A program made the position numbers and the translations under genes. This document shows, piece by piece, positions 53,528 to 64,000 of a DNA stretch of 64,000 nt. The notes under the pieces are model-generated. The model saw nothing but the letters and a program-made list of their open reading frames with translations. It did not search any database and was not told where the DNA came from. The stretch covers positions 8,556,001 through 8,620,000 of the forward strand of contig OX597826.1 of the NCBI GenBank assembly GCA_951406725.2, read 5' to 3'. Every line of letters begins with the position of its first letter. Within the stretch, counting starts at the first letter, position 1. The DNA is from Octopus vulgaris (taxonomy: Eukaryota).

Positions 53528-53634
53528 AGACATGTAAATACCAAATTCGAAAACAGAAAAGAAAAACAATCAAGGAAGAAACGAAAATTAGTGTATTTAG
53601 TTTCAATAAGCATATATCATGCATTTTTTTTTTT

Positions 53635-53719
53635 TAAGTGCTTGACACTTATAAGTGTTTGACACTTCTAAGTGTTTGACACTTATAAGTGTTTGACACT
53701 TATAACTGTTTGACATTCA
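53635..53719. repeat. Five copies of a 17-bp quasi-palindromic minisatellite
   Basis: TAAGTGT-TTG-ACACTTA units. Confidence 0.9.
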
Positions 53720-55769
53720 TAAATACTAAATACGAACTGCGGAAACCAGGCGAACCCGTTCTTCATTCTTGTATGTAAAAACAACTTTATGGTTTTAGCC
53801 ATGTTGCCTATTTACAAAGCGCAGTTAAATGCATGTTTATTATGTAAATTCTTTTACGACATAATGTCCGTGTGCGTATCGATATCTTTGTGCGTTTTAT
53901 AGAAAGCAAAACTGGGCATTTTATGGAAAGCAAAACTGAGTCTTAGAAACCAGTCATGCTTTCGATACAAAAGAAAGCTGTTTATTCCTGTATAGAAATA
54001 CAGAAATACCCAAACACACACACACACGCACGCACACACACAGAGGTACCCATATCTCTGTATGCGTGTGTATATTTATGTATTTATGTATGTATATGAG
54101 AATAACATTGTTTGTATGAAATATTGTGAAATACATTTAATAGAGTTTTATGAAGCCGCTTCAATGCATGTTGGGAATAAAGAAATGGAAATTACTGCTA
54201 AACAAAAAAAAATGTTTACTGTTTTACCTTCTATTTTAATATTTCAACTTCAAAAACCTTTATGGGAAAATATTACGACTGAACTTAGCTATGATCTGCA
54301 CAGATATCTGAAAAACAATTGAATTAAGATAAAAGAAAATATGAAATACAACGAATAAAGGTTGGAAAGATTAATTCTAAAACTATAAAGGTATATACCT
54401 GCAGATTCGAGAAGTAAGCGAGATAGCAGAAATAAAGTCAGGTTTTAGATCCTATGTAAATTAAATAGAGGTATAGGCATGTGCTAAAATATGGTTGGTG
54501 TGGCGTGTTAAACTAGTTAAACGGTAGGTCATAGAATATGCAATGCTGTGTTATCTAATGGGATATCTGATAGATGTAAATTGTCTACAATTTTTAAATA
54601 CTCCATTTTGAGTAGCTGTTGAGGATGAAAGCTTTAAAGAAATATGTATTTCAAAGCTCTCAGTCGTGCAAATGTTGTAAGGTCTTTTATTATCGGATTA
54701 TGATTTTGTTTAGGAATGAAAGTTGCGTTCCAAGATATTTGGTTTGATATTTGTTTCAAAATTCATGAGATAAGCGGATTGCGTTATAAAATATATGTGT
54801 GTGCTGGTACAAATGAAATATAAATGGATTGGAGGTGAGATAAAGATATACCTCTGGTGAGGTATTGATTTCTACAACACATTGGAATACGATATCTTTA
54901 ACTAGAAAATTGGACCTTGAACTGCCTCTTGCGCTTAATGCCCTTGTAGTCATTATTGATTTGGTAAGCAGCGGCTTGGTTAAGTTTGGAAAGTTTCTAT
55001 GAGTCAATAATTCATGAAATGGTAGATTAGTAGGAGAAAAGATTTTCAAGTAATTTTATTAAAGATTTTAAGGTCCTCCAGCCAAAAGAGAAATGTTTCT
55101 TCAGTAATTTTCAGGAAAGTTTTTCAAAATTAAAAGAGCAATACATATTAATGTTTCTTTTGCCAATTTCCGTGGCTTCCAGTTCTCATGCTGTCTTCAA
55201 TAAACAGACCTAGATCGTCTTCATATCTTCATCTGAAAAGAACGTCAGTGTAATAAACAGATGAATCATTCAGATTTAGTTAATGGCAGAAATATTTGAA
55301 AGCCCAAGAGATATATTTTTAACTAGGTTAATATTAATATGCTTATTGCATGAAGTTTTGTTTTCTTAGGTTTCCAATACAGATAGCACAGAGGATTAGT
55401 AAGGTTTAATGTATATTATAGGAAAGCAGTTGTCGTAAGATTAGCCTTTATGATGGCGAAACGTCAAATATATTTCAAGAACAGATGTAGACCTTTGCAG
55501 TATTTACATGATTGTTGTAGAGTTATAATTTGTGAGGGACAAAACAACTTTCGTTTCCGTACACATTTCTTCCGCTTTGAATATAAGGATATGTAGAACT
55601 AAGTAATTAAATATAATGCAATCTGATCATGAAGTTAACCCGAACCCAAATATCTATGCGGATACTGACAACCTTACTTTGATTCAGTACTTTCGATTTT
55701 TAATCGAATCTAGAGTTTTTAATCGAATCAGAGTTTTAGTATGTTAGTTTATATATATATTATATTTTA

Positions 55770-55922
55770 TCCTTTTATTTGTTTCAGTCATGTTGACTGT
55801 GGCCATGTTGGAGAACCGCTTTTAGTCGAACACATCGACCGCAGGACTTATTCTTTGTAAGCCTAGTACTTATTCTATCGGTCTCTCAGCCGAACCGCTA
55901 AGTTATGGGGACGTAAACGCAC
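55770..55922 (-). mobile_element. SINE family B 3' half
   Basis: CAGGACTTATTCTTTGTAAGCCTAGTACTTATTCTATCGGTCTCT..CCGAACCGCTAAGTTA. Confidence 0.85.
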
Positions 55923-56074
55923 TTACAAGCACTTATAAAGCAATCCATATATTTTCATAGTCATTTCTGCGTACACATGTATGTGTGTGTATACACATAT
56001 GAATATATACATACATAAGCGAACATATATGCATATATACACACATACATACATCTCTCTCACTCTCTCTTTTT

Positions 56075-56122
<48 letters not shown>

Positions 56123-56164
56123 TGGTATATATATATATATATAAATATATATATTTATATGTGT

Positions 56165-56363
56165 GTGTATTGGTAAAAACGGTAAGATAACAAAAGAAAG
56201 AAAGAGACCTCAATATTATGTAAATAGAGAAAATGTATCTGTAAAATAATATATGACAATTATTCAGTAGCCAGTTTCGGATGCTGAGGTGGAAATCCAC
56301 ACCACCATCTCTTCGGTAAGTGGCCAGATAACCGAATAATTGTCACATATCATTTTACAGATA
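56165..56363 (-). mobile_element. (TA)n-flanked element with about 30-bp inverted arms enclosing a truncated hammerhead motif
   Basis: Arms at 56236-56265 and 56334-56363. Minus strand CCGAAGA-GATG..GTGGATTTCCAC..CATC-C-GAAAC at 56274-56316. Confidence 0.65.
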
Positions 56364-56382
56364 TATATATATATATATATAT

Positions 56383-56756
56383 TCGAGCAAAACGCCCCCC
56401 CCCCCGTCCAATGGGCGGTGCTGAGTTGTCAAACATTTAAACCAAATTTTCTCAAAACAACTTGTCTGACCGCCCCCATAGTCCTCCCCTTTGAGAAACA
56501 CTGATTTAACCTAAATTTGAGACACCAGCAAAAAAAGAAATAAAGATAGACATTTTTTCTATTCCAAAGCAAAACGATTCCCCAAGGCTTTATCGAATGC
56601 ATTCTCACCTCGAATCGATTTTTATAATTTTTTTCAACACTTATACACGTCCTGATACCGTCGGTATCTACATATCAAATTTCAGCGCAATCGGATGGAG
56701 GATGCCCGAGATCCTAGAAGCCACACACACACACACAAAATTGATTTTATATAAGA
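56383..56756 (-). mobile_element. Non-autonomous Helitron
   Basis: Reverse complement A|TCTTATATAAAATCAATTT(TG)n...CCGATTGCGCTGAAATTTG; 3' CCCATTGGACGGG..GCGTTTTGCTCG. Confidence 0.65.
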
Positions 56757-56778
56757 TATATCTATCTATCTATCTATC

Positions 56779-56846
<68 letters not shown>

Positions 56847-57091
56847 TGTATGAATATATATACGTGTGCGTGTGTGAATGTGTGTGTAAACAAACAAATA
56901 TTTGTCATTTTTGTTAGCCGCGTTGAAATGAGTTGTGTACGATATAAATAAGGAGATGATATTTTTGGGAACGTAGAGTTACCGTTAGAGCAGCAAAAAA
57001 TTTTCCACCTTGTAAGGGTAATTTGCCCAATATTTCTGCTCCTCTAAACGCAACTCAGCGTTCGATAAAAGTTCATCTTATTTGTATCATA

Positions 57092-57180
<89 letters not shown>

Positions 57181-57690
57181 GACTGTAATTGCATTTCTGC
57201 TTTTTTTCTCAAAGTTACAAGTCCTGAATACAATTATTAATTTCCTTCTGTATCGTTATATTGGCTAACTGTACTTATTCTCATATTTATGAGGTTATAT
57301 GCCTGTGTTGTTGTGTGTATGTGTGTATGTGTCTGTTTGTGTGCGCGAATCTGACTGTGCCTGTATGCGAATATAAATACATGCATATAAATATATATAG
57401 ATATATATATGTGTGTGTGTGTATGTATATATATGTATGTATATGTATATAGTTTTATATATATATATAAGTGTGTATTCGTTAGACTCTTTTCATATCG
57501 TTGCCTATGATATTTTTTAATCACAAGTGTTCCTTAGTTATTCCCCTTAATACATCCACTCTTCTACTTTATCTACACGCTTTAATTACATTATAATTTC
57601 CGTAGCTAAAAATCCAATATAGTATTTCTCACCATTTTTTTACACTAAATTAAAGTATTCTCGCAATTTTATGGTATATATTAATATATA

Positions 57691-57741
<51 letters not shown>

Positions 57742-57752
57742 TATATATATTA

Positions 57753-57804
<52 letters not shown>

Positions 57805-58520
57805 TTTAGCAAGTGTATTCATTGAACTCTTGAACTCCATTCCAGATAGTATTTATTTCACTCAAAACTAAATTATATTATGTAATTTGACGCCATTTAT
57901 GGATATCTTTCAGTGATTAATTTCTTCATATCTTTCACACTAAATACATTTACTTCTACTTCCTGTCTATAATGTTATATATTCTTTAGCTAAAGATAAG
58001 TGTCCCCTAAGACTTTGTTCTGAATTTTATTTAATCTATGCGAAACTAAAGTAACGCATTTCAAGTCATTAAAAGCCTCACGGATATATTAGGCACATCC
58101 ACACTTTTGCAGCGCGTATTGAAAAAAAAAAAAAAGAGTTAGCTTATTGCAATATTATCTCAGGGCAAGTCCAGCTGCGTATATAGAACCCGGGGTAATT
58201 TTTTGAGTCCTTTTGTTTTTTTTTTTATTTTCGAGTTGTATGATATCAAACACACTATATGAAACCATTTTATTTAAAAAGAAAAAGTGACATTCATGTT
58301 TTTGTTTTTTGTTCAAAAATCATTAGCCAGAGTTTTAATTATTTTCACTAAATTATACATTTAATCACTGAACTGAGCCTCTTAATGTCGTACACTTTCC
58401 TAGTTGTCATTTAAACCTGATCGGTGTCCAAAACTTAGACTCTATAGATTTGCCGTCAGAAATCTCAATGGTTTTATCTAACTAACTAGCGTAAGTTACC
58501 TCCTCCTCTTCCTCCTCCTC

Positions 58521-58523
<3 letters not shown>

Positions 58524-58562
<39 letters not shown>

Positions 58563-59065
58563 TAGTCTTATTTTTATCACTTGCTTTCACTGCACTACCG
58601 AGCGCAGCTCTGTGTGCCTCGGGTATGTGCTGTGGTTTGTCGTGATCCCCTTATTCTTACCGTATTGAAAGTGTTTTGCATAGGATGTGTGCGGTGCCTA
58701 GTAGTCCTATTTTTTGTATGGTTACATATACTTGTTAGTCCAGGTGTTTTTGTTATGTAATTGTCTGAGTATTTTTTTATCATACCTAATGTGCCTGCTG
58801 TGCGTATTTCCAGGTTTTTGTATTTTGAAAGTTCTCCGTTTCTTTTATAGAAACATTGTCATCTGTTAGTATTGATACATCGATTAGAAAGCATTCTTTA
58901 TCCTTCATGATTTTTGACAACTATATCCAGTCTATTGACCTTAAATTTCTCTGTGTGTATTGGCATATCCCAGAGTATGGTTACTTTCTCATTTTCTGGA
59001 ACCTTTTCTGGCGTTTGCCTATTCCATCTTTTTCTGTTGTTATTCCTTTGCGTTGGATTTTTCTT
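58524..59065 (-). mobile_element. R4/Dong-type non-LTR retrotransposon 3' end (restriction-like endonuclease) with (TAA)n tail
   Basis: TPEKVPENEKVTILWDMPIHT..NRLDIVVK..CFLIDVSI..SKYKNLEI..ALGMIKKYSD, then a short UTR and (AAT)n. Confidence 0.9.
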
Positions 59066-59977
59066 GTTCTTGATAATAGAAAAATACACAAAGTGTACAA
59101 ATATATACATGTTTTCATAGATACAAATATAGAGCTCCACATTCAGACACACGTATGTATAGTGTATATATGTATATGTGCATGTGGGCGTTTGTGTGTG
59201 TATGAATGCATACACATGTGTGTGTATGTGTGTGTGCTTGTATGTTTTAATGTACGTATGTGTGTGTATGTATGCATGTATGCTTGTATGTATGTATGTT
59301 TGTAAGTATGTATATATATATGTTTGCATGCATGTATGTATGTCTGTTTGCATGCATGTATGTATGTGTGTATGTATGCTTGTATGTATGTGTGTATATA
59401 TGCTTGTATGTATGTATCTATGTACACATGTATGTGTGTGCATGTATGTATGCTTGTTACTATGTATGCATGTAAGTATGTATGTTTGCATGTATGTACT
59501 CATGTATGTATGTACATATTTATATATGTATGCATGTATGCATGTACGCATGTATACGGCATTTGTCTTGGAGCAGGTCACTCTGATATAAAACCAGATA
59601 TAGAGGGAACGAACATTTTGAGGGTCTTTTGCTTCTGAGATCATAGTGCACTCACACATCTGAGTCTGCGTCCCATATTGGCACTAAGTATCTTGACCTG
59701 GCTTGTCTCTAGATAAATTCAGTGGAGTGGAGAGGGTATGTGAGATGCTGTGCAAGCCTTATTGGAACTACTTAAAATTTTAGGCTGTGCAAATGGCGGC
59801 GAAGCGACTTTCCGGTGCTCGGTCGAATTGGTAGCCGCCAGAGAGAGCGTGCAAGCCGCGGGCGCGAACCCGGCTGAAGGCGACCGTGAATGCAATACCT
59901 CATGCACGGGATTTGCTGGCAATTTTGCATGGCAATGATCAGTGATGGTCTTCCTTGGTTGCGAGTGAACATACATA

Positions 59978-60074
59978 AAGGAGCACTCCGTCGGTTGCGA
60001 CGACGAGGGTCCCAGCTGATACGATCAACGGAAGAGCTTTGCTCGTGAAATTAATGTGCAAGTGGCTGGGCACT

Positions 60075-60111
<37 letters not shown>

Positions 60112-60330
60112 TACCATTAACGTAGTTCTCGGGGAGATTCAGCGTGACACAGAGTGTGATAAGGTTGGCACTTTGAAATACAGATACTACTCATTTTTGC
60201 CAGCTGAGTGAACTGGAGAAACATGAAATAAAATGTCTTGCTGAAGGACACAATGCGCCGCCGGGAATTGAACTCACGACCTTACGATCATGAGCCGAAT
60301 GCCCCTAACCACTAAGCCATACGCCTTCAC
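59978..60330 (-). mobile_element. SINE head E plus tail T2, inserted in (CATA)n
   Basis: Head GTGAAGGCGTATGGCTTAGTGG...GAGTTCAATTCCC. The tail is the same family as 51199-51385. ACATACATA is on both flanks. Confidence 0.9.
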
Positions 60331-60346
60331 ATACATACGTATGTAT

Positions 60347-60829
60347 GTCATTATTCAGTGTTATTTCAAGATTTCTTGCCAATAGGGAGAGAGACGGTTT
60401 CTAAGCTATCCAAAGCTCATTCAATGGAATTTCAACAATAGCGACAGGGTATTTTTGTATGTATGTATATCTGCAGATTTAGGTATATATTCTCATGCAT
60501 ATAGTTGCATGTCTAGACACGCTCATATATATTTAAATGATACACTTCTGGAAAGTTTTACAGATTTTTACAGTTCTAGTGACAGCTTAGATCTGTAGTC
60601 TTCGAATCACCTTTCTCCCTTTTCTGGTTTTCAGAAGCCTGATTTTTCAAGATTGATATTTAGGTGTGTTACATATCCCAGCGCCCCAATAATTACAATT
60701 ATTACCTGGACTTGTTCAAAATAGGTATTTTCTTTCTCGCTGACCTTTAGCTTTAACTCCCACTGAGCAGCTGACTTCCACAACTGTAAACAGTTTCTCT
60801 TCCTTATCTCAAATCACTATGTCAGGTCT
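60347..60829 (-). mobile_element. Second RLE-type LINE 3' end, bounded by (CATA)n
   Basis: RPDIVI*DKEEKLFTVVEVSC..KVSEKENTY..IIGALGYVTH..NLEKSGF. Confidence 0.85.
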
Positions 60830-61207
60830 ATGTAAGTATGTTTGTATGTATGTATGTATGTATGTATGTATGTATGTATGTATGTATGCACGAAAACATG
60901 CATATATATATATATATATGCATATATATGTATGTGTGTATGTAACTATGTCAGATCTATGTATGTATGAAGGTAGATATGTATGTATGTATCTATGTAT
61001 GTTTGTATGTATGTATCTCAAGGCATTAGGAGATACGTGGTTATGGCTCGCCCAAGACACTACGCAATGAGGCGGGTCCCGCAACCACGCCGAAGTAGCA
61101 ATTCGTGTTTATTAATATCTGGATATCATTTATTCCTGTTAATTAAACTGAGATCCCATAACATTGCAAGACTTCCAGTTGTAAATTGAATATGCGATAC
61201 TCAGTTA

Positions 61208-61426
61208 TTATTGGTTTCAAATTTGTGCACGAGGCCAGCAATTTCGATGGTTGTGGCAAGACGATTACACCGACCCTAGTGCTCAACTTGTACTCATTTT
61301 ACAGACACCGAAAGGGTAAAAGGCAAAGCCGGCCTCGGCGGAATTTGAACTCAGAAACTGAAGACAGACGAAGTGCCGCCAAGCATTTTGCCGGGCACTC
61401 TCATGATTCTGTTAACTCTCCGCCCT
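61208..61426 (-). mobile_element. SINE family A
   Basis: GGCAAAGCCGGCCTCGGCGGAATTTGAACTCAGAA. Confidence 0.8.
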
Positions 61427-61569
61427 CGTATGCAGTTATTGATAAACATGAAAATGAATTGAACTCTGGAATTAACGCATTGCGTCAATAATTAATTCAT
61501 GTTTGCTTCAAATTCGCATATATATACATACATACATACACACATACATACATATACACATATATACAC

Positions 61570-61616
<47 letters not shown>

Positions 61617-61659
61617 TAAATATATATATAAAGGACTTATATACGTATGTATATATATG

Positions 61660-61716
<57 letters not shown>

Positions 61717-62652
61717 GTATATGTACATATATATGTATATAAAAGGGAGTATATGTGTGTGTGTATATACGTACGTTGTTATACATGTGCATATATTTAC
61801 ACATACATGTACATAGATATGCGTATGTGTGTGTGTGTGTGTGTGTGTACATAATTAACAGAATTATTACAGGTCCTAATTAGAACCTAATTAGAAGGTA
61901 TTTCATCGTTAATAGGATGAAATGGTAAAGGTTTTGAAAGAAAAAGTGTTTATTTTTTATCCATTTTTTTCTTGTTATTTATTAATATATTTTTGTTTTC
62001 CCTGTTACTTTACGCACCATTTTGAAAGGTTTCAATTTTGTACACGGAAAATAAACTTTGCAGGATGCATGGACGAAGGCGGAATTATGATAGGGTTGCT
62101 GTTTTTTCGTTTTTGTTATTGTTGTTGTTGACAAGTATCTGTTGTTGTTGTACTTGTTTAATCGTCCGCCCCGTTTCGGAAGAGTTATGAATAAGGCCGT
62201 TCTTTATATTATCACGTGAATTTCTTCCATTTTGAAGAAGCGACGGTATGATCTGATGGATATTTCATTAATACTTTTATAAAAACTGCATACTGCTGTT
62301 CGTGAGTGTGTGTGCGTGTGTGTGTGTGCCTGCTTGTGTGTCTGTGTGTGTGTCTGTGTGTATGTGCATAATTGCTATTGACGAAGCCCAAAGAGGTAGA
62401 AATTCATATTTAGCAATGCCTTCACCGCGGCTGAACGATATTCATCTGCTACTGACATATTTCTGTGTATTTTTAACACTGTACGTCTATACGCCTATAC
62501 AAAATAATATCTCAGAAAAAATACCACAGTAAATCAGGTTTTCATTGATACATATGCTTTATGTATGGTATACAGACTGCTCTCCCTCTCTCTTTCTCTT
62601 TCTCTGTCTCTGTCTGGCTCTCTCTCTCTATTTCCCTCTCTCTCTCTCTCTG

Positions 62653-62696
<44 letters not shown>

Positions 62697-62729
62697 TGTA
62701 TGGACGGGTGTACTTATATACATATATAG

Positions 62730-62870
62730 GCGTGGTTGTATAAGAAGAAGCTTGCTTACCAACCACATGGTTTAGGGTTCTGTTCCACTGCGTGACACTT
62801 TGCACAAGGGGCCATCCATAGCCTTGTGAGTGGATTTGGTTGACGGAAACTGAAAGAAGCTCGTCGTATA
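62730..62870 (+). mobile_element. SINE family B 5' half
   Basis: GCTTGCTTACCAACCACATGG...GCCTTGTGAGTGGATTTGGTTGACGGAAACTGAAAGAAGC. Confidence 0.85.
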
Positions 62871-62926
62871 TATATATAAACGCAGTTAAAGTTACTGAAA
62901 CGTGTACAGGAATAAAAGTACAGAAA

Positions 62927-62967
<41 letters not shown>

Positions 62968-62974
62968 AGGAGAG

Positions 62975-63045
<71 letters not shown>

Positions 63046-63932
63046 CAGACAGATAGACCGACCGACAGACAGACAGACAGACAGACATATAGATAGATAG
63101 ATACATACATACATACATACATACAGATATACATACATACATACATACATACATACATACATACATACATACATACATACATACATACATACATACATAC
63201 ATACATACATACATGCATAATGTACACGTAACGATCGACAGAATTCTGTCCATTGCTAATTTGCGGTTGTTGTTATTGTTGTCGTTTTCCCAGTTATTCT
63301 GTGCTCCAGAAAACGATATCCATACGTGGTGTTCCTATGTTGCAGACATAGCGTACGATTTGAGAAGTTATTTTGTTCTCATTTCTAGCATTTCAAGTGA
63401 CCACTTGATGACGTTTGTTGCGTTCGTAACGGATGGCGGTATCTGAGCTGATGGCTGTATTATACGACATGAGGTGAACCAGTTCAGATTAATCTTAAGG
63501 AACAACATAACACCAGATGTATAAAAGAAGATAAGGAAAGCCATAAGCGGAAGACCTGACTTTGCTAAATGAGTTTCTGCCAAAGAAACAGATTCTCACG
63601 GAACATTAAGTGGGATGATGTTATTCGGGTATTTAAAACAAATGGCAGATTATTTTTTTTTATGATTGCGCAACAGATATAAACACACAGGCGCACATGT
63701 CAATATTTCTGTGTGTATCTGCGAGTGTATGTGCGTGTGTGTGTGTGTGTCTCTGTGTGTGCGTGTGTCTCTGTGTGTGCGTGTGTGCTTGCGTGTGTGT
63801 GGGCGTGTGTATACGTATCTGTGCATGTGATCATGAGTGTAAGAATTTCTTTACGTCGGGATAGAGATGTATGTATATGCAAGGAAATGCCTGCGCGCTT
63901 ACACATACACACATACATACGTACATATATAT

Positions 63933-64000
<68 letters not shown>

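Noticed and set aside
54750-55450. Possible decayed hATm-like transposase on the minus strand (INND..KGIK, FQCVVE)
   Set aside because: Similarity is fragmentary and needs several frameshifts. No TIRs found.
59775-59875. Twister-sister ribozyme resemblance (GCG-TGCAAGC-CGC loop, GCAA, GGCGC)
   Set aside because: The P2 GCC/GGC pairing and the GCUCA cleavage loop are missing, and the loop stem is only 3 bp.

Overview
AT-rich, microsatellite-saturated animal DNA, most likely intronic or intergenic. The tRNA-headed SINE families, R4/Dong-type LINE ends and (TA)n/(CATA)n/(GT)n load point to an octopus genome, which is an inference from repeat content. No intact host gene is supportable, and almost every ORF in the track is a translation of simple repeats. 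Supportable features: at least 4 SINE families (about 30 copies), with heads and tails swapped between copies; a full-length dead mellifera-type mariner; a solo LTR; a decayed CR1/Jockey-type RT caught in a 953-bp tandem duplication; RTE and R4/Dong LINE 3' ends; and 5 non-autonomous Helitrons. The most striking signal is a set of short elements sitting in (TA)n tracts. They carry minimal type-I hammerhead ribozyme motifs with palindromic stem III and/or inverted terminal arms of about 30 bp, as Penelope-like elements and retrozymes do. One hammerhead has an intact catalytic core (43227-43301). Three diverged copies of one family (29737-29963, 41259-41633, 43507-43779) keep a covarying multi-hairpin RNA domain just 3' of the ribozyme, which I cannot assign to a known RNA family.
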